Assembly: GCA_023247725.1 (NCBI GenBank)
Contig: JAHFFW010000005.1
Coordinates: forward strand, 25,804 to 89,803
Reading direction: 5' to 3'
DNA length: 64,000 bases
Source: Candidatus Omnitrophota bacterium
Lineage (GTDB): Bacteria; Omnitrophota; Gorgyraeia; Zapsychrales; JAHFFX01
A program made the translations under genes and the position numbers. The notes below the pieces were generated by a model. That model was not told the DNA's origin, did not search any database, and saw nothing but the letters and a program-made list of their open reading frames with translations. Numbering within the stretch: position 1 is the first letter of the stretch; every line of letters starts with the position of its first letter. This document shows positions 51,316-61,364 of this stretch, in pieces.

Positions 51316-52122
51316 GTGGCGCACAAGACCGTAAGCATCATGGGTTGCGGCTGGCTGGGATTGCCGTTGGCAGAACATTTGCTGCGCTCTCACTATAAGG
51401 TGAAAGGTTCTACCACCACCCCCGCTAAAATCCCCTTGTTACAAAAAAAGGGCATTGAGCCCTATCTCATCAGCTGTGATCCACAGATTTCTGCCCTCGA
51501 CATCGATTCATTTTTGGAAACCGATGTCCTTTTTGTGAATATCCCTTTCCGAAAAAACCTCGCCGAACCGAATTTTTACCGGCAGCAAATGGAAGCCATT
51601 CTTTTGAATTTGGAAATTGCGCCGGTGGCTCAAGTCATCTTTGCCAGCTCCACCTCGGTTTATCCGCAAACAAACAGTGCGGTGAGCGAGGACACTGATT
51701 TTATCCCCGCGACCGAACGGGCTCAGATCCTGCGTGAGATTGAAGAGCGCTTTGTATCGGAATCGTCGGCCACGATCATCCGTTTCGGTGGTCTGTACGG
51801 GCCCGACCGCATTCCAGGAGCCCATATCAAAGCCGGCCCGATCGAAGGGGCCCAGACCCCGGTCAATCTCATTCATCGGGATGATTGTGTGAATATTATC
51901 TGCGAAGTCATCCAGTTGGATTGTCGGGGGGAAATCTTTAACGCCTGCGCCGACGAGCATCCCACCCGAAAAGAACTTTACGACCATTGGGCGCAAAAGA
52001 CCGGGAGGTTGCCTCCAGTATTCTCTGATCCTCAAAAGGCAACCTCTTATAAAATCGTGAGCAATGAAAAGCTCAAGCGAAGATTCAGCTACAGCTATCA
52101 GCACCCCAATCCATTGGAATAA
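51316..52122 (+). CDS. NAD(P)-dependent epimerase/dehydratase-family (SDR) protein
   Basis: Rossmann motif IMGCGWLG. Confidence 0.65.
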   Translation: MAHKTVSIMGCGWLGLPLAEHLLRSHYKVKGSTTTPAKIPLLQKKGIEPYLISCDPQISALDIDSFLETDVLFVNIPFRKNLAEPNFYRQQMEAILLNLEIAPVAQVIFASSTSVYPQTNSAVSEDTDFIPATERAQILREIEERFVSESSATIIRFGGLYGPDRIPGAHIKAGPIEGAQTPVNLIHRDDCVNIICEVIQLDCRGEIFNACADEHPTRKELYDHWAQKTGRLPPVFSDPQKATSYKIVSNEKLKRRFSYSYQHPNPLE

Positions 52123-52136
52123 TTCTGTTCTATCCT

Positions 52137-53090
52137 TTGGTCGTGAACATGAGCCTTTCTGTCTTGACGGTGAATTTAAATCCGGCCATTGATGATTTGA
52201 TCCGGGTTGAGAATTTCGCCGCAGGAAAGGACTATCGGATCAGGGCCGCTCATGCAACGGCCGGAGGAAAGGCCATCAATGTCAGCCGAACCCTTCAATG
52301 TTTTGGTGTGAAGAGTTTGATCACAGGCTTGATTGGTGGCACGAATGGAAAAAAACTCCAATGGCTTTTGGATCGGGAAAGTTTACCCCATGCGTTTTTC
52401 CCTGCCGACGGAGAAACGAGAACCAACATCACGATCTTTGATCTTAAGAATCATGCAACAACGAGATTGATTGAGCCGGGTCCCGTTGTTTCAGCGAAAA
52501 CCAGTGTATTATTCACGTCGAAATTGAGTCAACTTTTGGTAAGATGTTCCTGGGTCGTGTGCTCGGGAAGCCTGCCGCCGGGAATCGCAGACGGGTTTTA
52601 CGCGACCCTGCTGCGGCGAGCCAGAAAAGCCGGCCGGCTAACGGCCGTCGACACGAGCGGACCGGCGCTCGTCGCGAGTGTGAGGGCTTTTCCGGATTTA
52701 TTGAAGATCAATCAGAGAGAAACGGAATTCCTTTTGGGCCACAAGCTTTCTTCCTTAAAAGCCATTAAGGAGGCGGCGACTCAATTAAGGTCCTTTGTGG
52801 GGTGGGCGGTCATCATTTCTTTAGCCGCCCAAGGCGCGGTGGGTTTTGACGGCAAAACGATCATTTGGGCTATGCCGCCGGAATTAAAACGGCATTCCCC
52901 TGCCGTGGGCTGTGGGGATGCTCTCCTCGGTGCCTTTATTGCGGCTTCTATGGAGAAACAAAGTTTTGCCGAAGCCTTGAGGCAGGGGGTTGCGGCAGGG
53001 TCCGCGAGTATTCTGGGGACTTTACCAGGATTTTTCCGGCGGAAGGATTTTCAAAGAATCTCGGCAAAAGTTCAACTCAAATTGCTTTAA
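52137..53090 (+). CDS. PfkB-family carbohydrate kinase (1-phosphofructokinase / tagatose-6-P kinase type)
   Basis: VNLNPAIDD...GGKAINVSR N-terminus and the C-terminal GCGDALLGAF anion-hole motif. Confidence 0.8.
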   Translation: MVVNMSLSVLTVNLNPAIDDLIRVENFAAGKDYRIRAAHATAGGKAINVSRTLQCFGVKSLITGLIGGTNGKKLQWLLDRESLPHAFFPADGETRTNITIFDLKNHATTRLIEPGPVVSAKTSVLFTSKLSQLLVRCSWVVCSGSLPPGIADGFYATLLRRARKAGRLTAVDTSGPALVASVRAFPDLLKINQRETEFLLGHKLSSLKAIKEAATQLRSFVGWAVIISLAAQGAVGFDGKTIIWAMPPELKRHSPAVGCGDALLGAFIAASMEKQSFAEALRQGVAAGSASILGTLPGFFRRKDFQRISAKVQLKLL

Positions 53091-53097
53091 ATTTTCC

Positions 53098-55569
53098 ATG
53101 ACGAAAAAGAAAAATATTCTCCCGTGGTCGGTCATCCAGCAGGACATGACCAGAGAAGGCATCAAATCCTCCTTCTTGATGAATCGGATGTTCACCCTTG
53201 CCAAAGATGAATATTCCTCGACGGAATATGATGAGTATTGGGCCCTGGCGATTGCCATCCGCGATCGTCTGGTCGAACGCTGGATCAAGACCCAGCAACG
53301 CTACCATAAACAAAATCTCAAACGGGTTTATTACCTGTCCATGGAATTTTTGATCGGACGTCTTTTGGGTAATAACATCATCAACCTGGGGCTATGGGAG
53401 GAAGTGGCATCCGCCATGGAAGATTTGGGCTATGACATCACGGATTTGCGCGAGATTGAAGTGGATGCCGGATTAGGCAACGGCGGCCTGGGGAGACTCG
53501 CCGCGTGTTATTTGGATTCTATGGCGACGTTAGGAATCCCGGCCCACGGTTATGGGATTCGTTACGAGTACGGCATTTTTAACCAAAAGATTGAAAACGG
53601 TTATCAGATCGAACGGCCGGATGAATGGCTCACCAAAGGTAATCCCTGGGAATTCATTCGTCCGGAGTATACCGTCAAGGTGCATTTTTATGGCCGTCCG
53701 CACATGTATCAGGATGAAAAGGCGAGACTCTGCTTCAAATGGATTGATACTCAGGATGTGCTTGCCGTCCCATATGATATTCCGGTTCCGGGTTACAAAA
53801 ACGATGTGGTCAATACGCTGCGGCTCTGGTCGGCCCGCAGCAGCGAGGAATTCGATTTCGATTATTTTAACGACGGGGATTATGAGCAGGCGGTCATGCA
53901 GAAGGTCCATTCTGAAAATATCGCCAAGGTCCTTTATCCTAATGATGAAGTCAGTCAAGGCCGGGAATTGCGTTTAAAGCAGGAATATTTTTTTACGGCG
54001 GCTTCCATTGCCGATATCATCCGGCGGTTTAAGGTGGAAAATATGGATATTCGCGAATTTCCCAACAAGGCTGCCATTCATTTGAATGACACCCATCCGG
54101 CATTGGCCGTGGTGGAATTGATGCGGCTATTGCTGGACGAATTTTTTCTGGATTGGGACACCGCCTGGGACATCACGACCCGAACCTTTGCTTATACCAA
54201 CCATACGATTATGCCCGAGGCCTTGGAATGCTGGCCGGTGCCCTTGGTGGACCGCGTTCTACCGCGGCATTTGCAGATCATTTATGAAATCAATATGAGA
54301 TTTTTGCAGGAAGTCGCCAATCAATTCCCCGGCGAGCCAGGACGATTGCGGCGGATGTCCATCATTGATGAGGGCGATCCTAAAAAAATCCGGATGGCTT
54401 ATTTGTCGATTATTGCCAGTCATTCGGTCAACGGCGTTTCCCGCTTGCATACAGAACTCTTGCAGACCAAATTGTTCAAAGATTTTTATGACATCGACCC
54501 GGCCAAATTCAACAACAAAACCAATGGCATCACGCCCCGACGCTGGCTGCTTAAGGCCAACCCCGGGCTTTCGCAACTCATCACCGAATCGATCGGCGAG
54601 AACTGGCCGACGCATCTTCAGGAATTAAAAAATTTGGAACCGTTTAAGCATCATTCTTCCTTCGTTACTCAATGGCGCCGGATCAAGGAAGACAATAAAA
54701 AGCAGTTCGCGGAGTACATCCACCAAACCATGAAAATTTCGGTGGACCCGCAGTCCATTTTTGATGTGCAGGTCAAACGCATTCATGAATACAAGCGCCA
54801 GCTTCTGTTCGCTTTTTACATCATCGCTCAATATCTAAGGGCCAAAAACGATGCCAAGGCGAGCGTCTATCCGCGCACCTTCATTGTCGGCGGCAAGGCG
54901 GCGCCGGGATATTTTACGGCGAAGCTCATTATCAAATTCTTTAATAGCGTCGCGGACGTCGTGAACAATGACAAGGCGGTTAAACAGAAATTGAAGGTCG
55001 TCTTCATGGAGAATTACCGGGTTTCTCTGGCGGAAAAGATTTTCCCCGGCAGTGATCTGTCAGAACAGATTTCGACCGCTGGCACCGAGGCCTCGGGTAC
55101 TGGTAATATGAAATTTATGATCAATGGGGCTTTGACGATCGGAACCTGGGATGGTGCCAACATCGAAATCGCCCAGGCCGTCGGGCAGGACCATATCTTC
55201 ATCTTCGGTCACAAAATCGACGAGATTGAACGCCTGAGGATGGCGGGATACAATCCCAAAGATTTTGTCAATCGCTCGCCGATTCTGGCGGAGATTTTTC
55301 ATTTGATCAATACGAATTTCTTCGCTCCCTATGAGCCGGGGATTTTTAGTCCGCTGGTTCATTCGGTTTATCATTATGATCCGTTTTTGATTTGTGCGGA
55401 TTTCGACAGTTATTGCACGGTGCAAAATACCGTCGAGCAGGTTTATCAGGACGAAACGGAGTGGGCGAAGCGCTCGATCGTCAATGTGGCTCACTGCGGA
55501 AAATTCAGCAGCGATCGCGCGGTCGAAGAGTATGCCCGGGAGATTTGGGGAATTCCACTTGTTAAGTAA
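53098..55569 (+). CDS. glgP: glycogen/alpha-glucan phosphorylase
   Basis: PLP site EASGTGNMKFMINGALTIGTWDGANIE and full-length GT35 homology. Confidence 0.93.
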   Translation: MTKKKNILPWSVIQQDMTREGIKSSFLMNRMFTLAKDEYSSTEYDEYWALAIAIRDRLVERWIKTQQRYHKQNLKRVYYLSMEFLIGRLLGNNIINLGLWEEVASAMEDLGYDITDLREIEVDAGLGNGGLGRLAACYLDSMATLGIPAHGYGIRYEYGIFNQKIENGYQIERPDEWLTKGNPWEFIRPEYTVKVHFYGRPHMYQDEKARLCFKWIDTQDVLAVPYDIPVPGYKNDVVNTLRLWSARSSEEFDFDYFNDGDYEQAVMQKVHSENIAKVLYPNDEVSQGRELRLKQEYFFTAASIADIIRRFKVENMDIREFPNKAAIHLNDTHPALAVVELMRLLLDEFFLDWDTAWDITTRTFAYTNHTIMPEALECWPVPLVDRVLPRHLQIIYEINMRFLQEVANQFPGEPGRLRRMSIIDEGDPKKIRMAYLSIIASHSVNGVSRLHTELLQTKLFKDFYDIDPAKFNNKTNGITPRRWLLKANPGLSQLITESIGENWPTHLQELKNLEPFKHHSSFVTQWRRIKEDNKKQFAEYIHQTMKISVDPQSIFDVQVKRIHEYKRQLLFAFYIIAQYLRAKNDAKASVYPRTFIVGGKAAPGYFTAKLIIKFFNSVADVVNNDKAVKQKLKVVFMENYRVSLAEKIFPGSDLSEQISTAGTEASGTGNMKFMINGALTIGTWDGANIEIAQAVGQDHIFIFGHKIDEIERLRMAGYNPKDFVNRSPILAEIFHLINTNFFAPYEPGIFSPLVHSVYHYDPFLICADFDSYCTVQNTVEQVYQDETEWAKRSIVNVAHCGKFSSDRAVEEYAREIWGIPLVK

Positions 55570-55624
55570 ATTTTGAAAATCAAAACTCATTCCTACCCGG
55601 TCACCGAACAATGAGAGGGACCTC

Positions 55625-56290
55625 ATGCAAAAATCAAGACCAACACTCAAAGACGCCCTTGCCGAAATCAATCGCCAATCTTTGGAGAACCTGACCGATA
55701 CGGCTTTGCGGGAGCTTGCTGTCCAAAGCAGCAAAGAATTCAAATTGTCCTGGGTTCATCTGGGACGAGTCCTTTATTCGGTGTGGAAGGACAAACTTTT
55801 TCGAGCGTGGGGCTACGAAAAGTTTGAGACCTACATTGCCAAGGAGGTCGGAATCCGCAAGGCGACCGCAGTGAAATTGCTCCGTTCCTATTTTTTTCTG
55901 GAGAAAGAAGAGCCCGAATACCTCAAGGAAGAATTCTCCCAAGAAAGAGAAGCCGCCCAGGTGCCCACCTACGATGCCGTGAATGTTTTACGGCTCGCGC
56001 GGGAGAAAAAAGATTTGACCCCGCCCGATTATATGAAATTAAAAAAATCGGTTTTCGAAAGTGGCAAAGATGCAACCGCCGTGCGCAAGGATCTGACGAG
56101 CTTGATCCGACAGCGTCAACCGATGGATCCCGACGAAGAACGGCAAAAACGCAGTGAGGTGGTCGTTCGTCGATTGGTCAACGCCTTCCGTTCCTTTAAA
56201 AAAGATGCCCAAACTTTGAGCCTTCTGCCGACGCATTTGATTCGGGAGGCAGAGGAGCTGATTCAAAAAATCGAGCGGGCGACGCTGTGA
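55625..56290 (+). CDS. hypothetical protein with HTH-like segment
   Basis: FETYIAKEVGIRKATAVKLLRSY resembles an HTH. No family recognised. Confidence 0.5.
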   Translation: MQKSRPTLKDALAEINRQSLENLTDTALRELAVQSSKEFKLSWVHLGRVLYSVWKDKLFRAWGYEKFETYIAKEVGIRKATAVKLLRSYFFLEKEEPEYLKEEFSQEREAAQVPTYDAVNVLRLAREKKDLTPPDYMKLKKSVFESGKDATAVRKDLTSLIRQRQPMDPDEERQKRSEVVVRRLVNAFRSFKKDAQTLSLLPTHLIREAEELIQKIERATL

Positions 56291-56428
56291 GTGGAGTGCC
56301 ACCTCGATAACCTTTCCAGCCTTTTAGTCTTCTTTTAAAAAAGTCAAATTTTCCCTATCCCCGTCCCGTTTAAGCCTTAAAATAATGCTATACTTTTATT
56401 AAAATCCGCATCTTGATTGGGAGGGAAG

Positions 56429-56794
56429 ATGCCCCAAAAGATTCTTATTATCGACGACGATTTATTAAATGTGAAATTGCTCAAAACCCGCCTCGAATCC
56501 AATCATTATGAGGTTATTACTGCCGCCAACGGGGAAGAAGGTTTACAAAAGGTGGTCAAGGAAAAACCCGATGCCATCATTCTGGATGTGCAAATGCCCA
56601 AAATGAATGGCTATACATTTATGCTGGAATTCCGTAAACTGGGAGATGTCTCGATGATTCCGGTCATCGTTTTAACGGCCCATGGAGAAATGCAACCTAT
56701 TTTTACCTTGAAAGGTGTTCGCGGCTACATTGTGAAGCCCATTCAATTTGAATTGCTTTTTGAGAAATTGAATTCACTTTTGGGACCGCCTTAA
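56429..56794 (+). CDS. single-domain response regulator (CheY-like receiver)
   Basis: KILIIDDD...ILDVQMPKMNGY...VIVLTAHG carries the phospho-acceptor Asp and the conserved T and K positions. Confidence 0.85.
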   Translation: MPQKILIIDDDLLNVKLLKTRLESNHYEVITAANGEEGLQKVVKEKPDAIILDVQMPKMNGYTFMLEFRKLGDVSMIPVIVLTAHGEMQPIFTLKGVRGYIVKPIQFELLFEKLNSLLGPP

Positions 56795-57023
56795 CCCGAG
56801 CGGATGCTCATTGGTAGCGGTACTGTTTTTTTAAAAAAGGATGACGCCTTGCCAGACTCGAAGGAAATCCCCTTTTTACTGAAACTTCTTGATGATGAAT
56901 CGGAATTTGTATTGAAAGAGGTTCACAAAGCCTTATCGGCCTTCGTGCCCTGGATTAAGAGACGAACTGGCCAGGATTTCTGACCCGCTCAATTCCCGCC
57001 AAAAACAGGCCCTCATTAAAGTT

Positions 57024-57701
57024 TTGGAAGTCCATAATCGAAACTGGCTCAAAAGTGTCTGGGGGCAGTGGTTTGAATTGGAATTGGAAAAAGATAAACT
57101 CGAGCGGGCCTTGACCTTTCTGGCGCAATTTCAGTGTGGACTTCCCTTAAAAACGTCCTTGAAACAATTATTGGATCAGCTCGCCGAAGAATTCACCTCC
57201 ATGAATATCAAGAAAGATTCTTATGGCCTGGCCTATTTCCTTTTTGAAATCAAAAGGCTTAAAGGCGCCAAAACCGATTATGACAATCCCCAGAATAGCA
57301 ATTTGATTTATGTCATTCGCGAGCGAAGAGGAATTCCCATCAGTCTGGTGTGCGTCTATATGCTCGTGGCTAGCCGTCTGGGGCTCGTCGTGGAAGGTTG
57401 CAATTTCCCCGGGCATTTTCTAGCCAGGATTGAATTCAACGGACAAAAAGTCCTCGTGGATTGTTTTCGCGGCGGCAAGATTCTGGGAGAAAAAGATTTG
57501 GCCGAGCTTCATTCTGGCAGCCCATCTTTTTTGGATGAAGGATTGCAAGAAGGGGCCAGCGTCGAAACGATCATCGCCCGAGTTTTAGGGAATCTGATTC
57601 GGGCCTATGATCGGGCTGGGAATTTTGCGGACAGCCAGCTCATGGCAGAGCTCTTGAGCGGTTTGGAATCAATCCAGGTGCGAATGAAGACCCACCATTA
57701 A
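57024..57701 (+). CDS. transglutaminase-like (SirB1/YchA-like) protein; upstream coding continuation (about 56810-56983) is in another frame
   Basis: Transglutaminase-like core (GIPISLVCVYMLVASRLGL...NFPGHFLARIE...VDCFRGG). In-frame helical coding text upstream (…SKEIPFLLKLLDDESEFVLKEVHKALSAFVP) is separated from it by a +1 frame change at about 56948-56952. Confidence 0.55.
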   Translation: MEVHNRNWLKSVWGQWFELELEKDKLERALTFLAQFQCGLPLKTSLKQLLDQLAEEFTSMNIKKDSYGLAYFLFEIKRLKGAKTDYDNPQNSNLIYVIRERRGIPISLVCVYMLVASRLGLVVEGCNFPGHFLARIEFNGQKVLVDCFRGGKILGEKDLAELHSGSPSFLDEGLQEGASVETIIARVLGNLIRAYDRAGNFADSQLMAELLSGLESIQVRMKTHH

Positions 57702-57784
57702 GCTGACCGCGGCGAAATCCCATCCGTTTTAGAAAAAAATTTAAAAATTCTTGACACCACACATCGGGGTGGTAACATGGGCCC

Positions 57785-58387
57785 ATGAATGAAAAGCCCC
57801 AACTGACGCAAAAACAAAAAGAGATCCTCAAGTACATTTATAATGCAATCCGCACGACTCATCTTCCTCCTACCTTAAGAGAAATCGGGGCCCATTTTGG
57901 TTTCTCTTCAACGGGTACGGTCCGCGATCATCTGAAGGCCTTGGTTAAAAAAGGGTATATCCGGATTTCGGCTAACAAATCTCGGGCGATTGAATTGCTC
58001 AAAGAGCGCCTGTTTTCCTTTCCGATCTTAGGAAAAATTCAGGCGGGGTTACCCCATCTGGCCGTCGAGAATATCGAAGGGTATCTCGATTTGAACAGTC
58101 TGGTCTTTTCTGATGACAGCATTTTTGCCTTGCGAGTCCGGGGGGACAGCATGCAGGAAGCCGGCATCATGCCGGATGATCTGGTCCTTGTCAAAAAACA
58201 ATCCATGGCGCAGGTGGGAGAAACAGTCGTCGCCTTGGTTGGGGAAGAGGCCACGGTCAAACGGCTGCGCCGAAAAGGCGAGAAATACTTTCTAGAACCA
58301 GCCAATCCGCGCTATGAACCCATCGCCGTCAATGGCGAGGTCGCGATTGTCGGCAAGGTGATTAGCGTGATCCGCCGGTATCGTTGA
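57785..58387 (+). CDS. lexA: LexA repressor
   Basis: N-terminal winged HTH (LTQKQKEILKYI...LREIGAHFGFSSTGTVRDHLKAL) and the S24 peptidase Ser/Lys dyad (GDSM...KRL). Confidence 0.9.
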   Translation: MNEKPQLTQKQKEILKYIYNAIRTTHLPPTLREIGAHFGFSSTGTVRDHLKALVKKGYIRISANKSRAIELLKERLFSFPILGKIQAGLPHLAVENIEGYLDLNSLVFSDDSIFALRVRGDSMQEAGIMPDDLVLVKKQSMAQVGETVVALVGEEATVKRLRRKGEKYFLEPANPRYEPIAVNGEVAIVGKVISVIRRYR

Positions 58388-58410
58388 TCTCTTCCCAGAA
58401 TGTCAAATCC

Positions 58411-58470
58411 GGGCGCCAACCACGCCGACAACTTTTTTCGGGGCGTGGTTGGCGCCCCCGCGCATTTTTA
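58411..58470 (+). terminator. rho-independent terminator after lexA (16-bp stem GGGCGCCAACCACGCC / GGCGTGGTTGGCGCCC, T-rich tail)
   Basis: Perfect inverted repeat followed by CATTTTTAGTTTTT. Confidence 0.65.
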
Positions 58471-58538
58471 GTTTTTCCTTAAACAGCAAACAGATTTTCC
58501 CTTGAGAAGGGAGCGTCTAGGATGTACAATTTTGTCCT

Positions 58539-59216
58539 ATGGGACGGATGTTTGTCTTTTTCGTTTTCTTCTTTGTTTGTCCTGCGCTGATCAGAGCCCA
58601 GCCGGATTCGACTTCTCCTGTTCGCTATGTTGCCGTCGGCGATTCCTATACCATGGGAGAAGGGGCCGATCTTAAGGGAAGCTGGCCGGTCATCTTGACC
58701 TTGCATTTGCAGCGGCAGGGTGTCCCTATCCAGTTAAAAAAAATCCTCGCCCGCACCGGCTGGGCCACCTCCGAAGCCATCGTTTATGCCCTGCCAGGTT
58801 TTCAGGAATTAAAACCCAATTTCGCCACCTTGATGATCGGGGTTAATGACTGGGTCCGAGGCGTAAGCCCGGAAGAATTCCGCAAGCGCCTCGCCATTCT
58901 CATAGACCAGATGCTCAAAAGCCTCCCGGATAAAAAAAATCTCGTCGTCGTGACGATTCCCAACTTTTCGGTGACTCCTTCCGCCAAGCAATATGCCCGC
59001 GGTCGGGATATTGCCGCCGGCTTATCGGCATTTAATGCCATCATCAAATCCGAAGCGGCGTTGCGGCATTTGGAAGTCGTCGATATTTTTCCAGTTTCTC
59101 AGGAGATGCAAAATGATTCGACGCTCGTGGCCGAGGATGGGTTGCATCCTTCCGCCCGCGAGTATGCGTTATGGGAACAGTGGATTTTTCCCGCCGCGTA
59201 TGGCATTCTTAAGTAA
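58539..59216 (+). CDS. SGNH/GDSL hydrolase-family secreted esterase or lipase
   Basis: Signal peptide, and the GDS(Y) block VAVGDSYT, block III GVNDW, and block V DGLHPS. Confidence 0.8.
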   Translation: MGRMFVFFVFFFVCPALIRAQPDSTSPVRYVAVGDSYTMGEGADLKGSWPVILTLHLQRQGVPIQLKKILARTGWATSEAIVYALPGFQELKPNFATLMIGVNDWVRGVSPEEFRKRLAILIDQMLKSLPDKKNLVVVTIPNFSVTPSAKQYARGRDIAAGLSAFNAIIKSEAALRHLEVVDIFPVSQEMQNDSTLVAEDGLHPSAREYALWEQWIFPAAYGILK

Positions 59217-59220
59217 ATCC

Positions 59221-60339
59221 ATGACCATTGCCGAAAAAATAAGAGTCGTCAAAATTCCAGAGGCCCGATTCCGATCCAGAGTGAATCGGATTTTGGAGGC
59301 CTTGGTGGTGGCGGGCTTAGCCATCTCACTTTCTTTGGCCAGCTATTTGATTTGGGAAAATTACAAGGAATGGTATCAAAGGCGCCTCGTGGCCCGCATC
59401 TTGCCGACGACGCATTGGGTTCAAAAATCGATTCCCGTCTATTTGGTCAATTACCGGGAGTTGATTCGGATCAATCTCAATGGCCTTGGGACACAAAAAG
59501 TCCTGTCCACCTCCGAACCAATCCGGGATGGAATCTTTTCTCCGGATGGAAAAAATCTTTTGGTCGCCGCTGGCCAGGAGCTGATTCTGGTGGATCTGAA
59601 AAGTTTAAAATCGTCTGTCATCGATTCTCTGGAATTGCCCAAGGATTCCCAGGATCTGAAAGGAGCATTCGCAACCATATCCTGGGACCGTGAGGGAAAA
59701 AAGATTCTTTATAAGATCACCCGTTGGTCGAAAGTGGCTTCCATGGAGCAGTGGGCTATTTACGATCTCCAGAAAAAGGAAAAAAAATCTTTAGAGGCCC
59801 TCCAGTCCGGAATCTATGAAATCCTTTGGGATTGGGAAGGGAAGAATCTCTATTATGTCCGATTTCAAAAGAGGAAAGAAGGTCAAAGGATCGTCAAGAT
59901 TTACCGGATTGCTCTTTCCGATCTTAAGCCGCAATTGGCGGCTACGCTTAAAGACGAGGCGTTGAGTCTTTCTGCCGTCGATCTCAAAAAAGAAGCGTTC
60001 CAATTGTATAAACCGGTGCAGGGATTAAGCTTCAAAAAGAAAAATTCGCTGTCCTTATCGGCCTTATCCGAAAAAGGAAACAGGGCTGGCCTGGACACAT
60101 CGAATTATTTATACTATCAGGACAAAAAGGGCAAAAGGAAACGAGTGTTAGAACTGCCGCGCGCCTCCAAATGGGAATTTATGGCCTTGGATTATTTGGA
60201 TTGGGTCCCGGCTTCGGATCTTTTGCTCTTAGCGCACCGGACTCAAGGAATTTTGCTTTACGATCTTTCTTCGCGGAAGGTAGGGCGCTTGATTGATATG
60301 CATGTGGACGCCGTGGGCTGGCCGCCCTTTCATCACTGA
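59221..60339 (+). CDS. hypothetical membrane-anchored protein, possibly beta-propeller (TolB/PD40-like) periplasmic domain
   Basis: TM anchor (ILEALVVAGLAISLSLASYLIW) and repeated segments of the form IFSPDGKNLLVAA...ILV. Confidence 0.5.
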   Translation: MTIAEKIRVVKIPEARFRSRVNRILEALVVAGLAISLSLASYLIWENYKEWYQRRLVARILPTTHWVQKSIPVYLVNYRELIRINLNGLGTQKVLSTSEPIRDGIFSPDGKNLLVAAGQELILVDLKSLKSSVIDSLELPKDSQDLKGAFATISWDREGKKILYKITRWSKVASMEQWAIYDLQKKEKKSLEALQSGIYEILWDWEGKNLYYVRFQKRKEGQRIVKIYRIALSDLKPQLAATLKDEALSLSAVDLKKEAFQLYKPVQGLSFKKKNSLSLSALSEKGNRAGLDTSNYLYYQDKKGKRKRVLELPRASKWEFMALDYLDWVPASDLLLLAHRTQGILLYDLSSRKVGRLIDMHVDAVGWPPFHH

Positions 60340-60372
60340 CCAACGCATCGGTTATAGTACTCGTCTTATCCC

Positions 60373-60945
60373 ATGAAAATTTTTATTTTCGCTTGCCTGA
60401 TTTCGTTTTTTCCTTTGAACTCGCTCACCTGGGCCGAACCCGCTCTTAATTCCACCGTTTCTTCGCATACACCACTCGATTCCGAATCTATCTCGGAAAA
60501 AGAACTTCAAGATCTTCTGACGAAGTTGCACGAAATTTCTAACGCCAGGGATGTGGATGCGATTCGAAACCTGCTCTGGGATGACGCCCGGTTTGTCCTG
60601 GTCTCGCGCGATTCTACCGTCGAGATGACCGTTCCCGAATACATCGAGGTGCTGAAGGATACCTGGAGTCAAACGAAAAATTACACCTATGAATACCAGA
60701 AAGATCAATGCCAACCGGAAGGAAACCGGTTGATCTGCACGGGCACGGTCAAAGAAACCATGGTTTTGACGAGCGGTCAATTCATCACGTCTTCGGTCAA
60801 AGGAAAAGATATTTTTGAAAAGCGTCGGGGGGCCATCAAGATCATTTTCTCGCAGGCCAACACCGATGAGGCCACGGTGGGTAGCCGGCAGAGTCCTCAC
60901 GCCCCCCTCGAGATGATGAATAATTCCGTCCAAGACCATCCTTAA
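60373..60945 (+). CDS. secreted NTF2-like (SnoaL/DUF4440-like) protein
   Basis: Signal peptide and the pattern ELQDLLTKLHEISNARDVDAIRNLLWDDARFV, typical of the NTF2-fold DUF4440. Confidence 0.5.
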   Translation: MKIFIFACLISFFPLNSLTWAEPALNSTVSSHTPLDSESISEKELQDLLTKLHEISNARDVDAIRNLLWDDARFVLVSRDSTVEMTVPEYIEVLKDTWSQTKNYTYEYQKDQCQPEGNRLICTGTVKETMVLTSGQFITSSVKGKDIFEKRRGAIKIIFSQANTDEATVGSRQSPHAPLEMMNNSVQDHP

Positions 60946-60968
60946 CCACCGCAAAAGGAGAAGCGAAA

Positions 60969-61364
60969 ATGGATTTCCAGGAATTTCATATCACCGGTGT
61001 CGACAAAGAACACATCGAACGCGATGCGACCCAGATCAACGCTTATAAATTTCCGCTGCTTTTATCCGGTAAGCCGGACGATCTTTGGATCAAGTTCATG
61101 CACCAGGCCTACCGGATCAGTTCGTTCAGCAAAAAAAGGCAATACGTCGTCGTGGGCAACCTCGTGACCCTCATTGTCTTTGCCGATGATAATATGCAGA
61201 TTCAGCTCGATTTTTTTAAGGAGCTGGTCACCATGGCCAATGATGAATACCGCAAAATGCTGAGCCGCAAAGATGAGGAACGGCGAGCCGAAGAAGAACG
61301 CAAGCGCCGCGAGCTCGAGACCATTCAACGATTACGTTCCGAGGTCGACCGCCTCAAGTTTTGA
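60969..61364 (+). CDS. hypothetical protein (charged C-terminal coiled coil)
   Basis: ORF with good coding texture. No family recognised. Confidence 0.4.
   Translation: MDFQEFHITGVDKEHIERDATQINAYKFPLLLSGKPDDLWIKFMHQAYRISSFSKKRQYVVVGNLVTLIVFADDNMQIQLDFFKELVTMANDEYRKMLSRKDEERRAEEERKRRELETIQRLRSEVDRLKF

Noticed and set aside
57745-57784. Search for a LexA box (CTGT-N8-ACAG or GAAC-N4-GTTC) upstream of lexA
   Set aside because: Neither canonical motif is present. The lineage-specific box is unknown, so no site is called.
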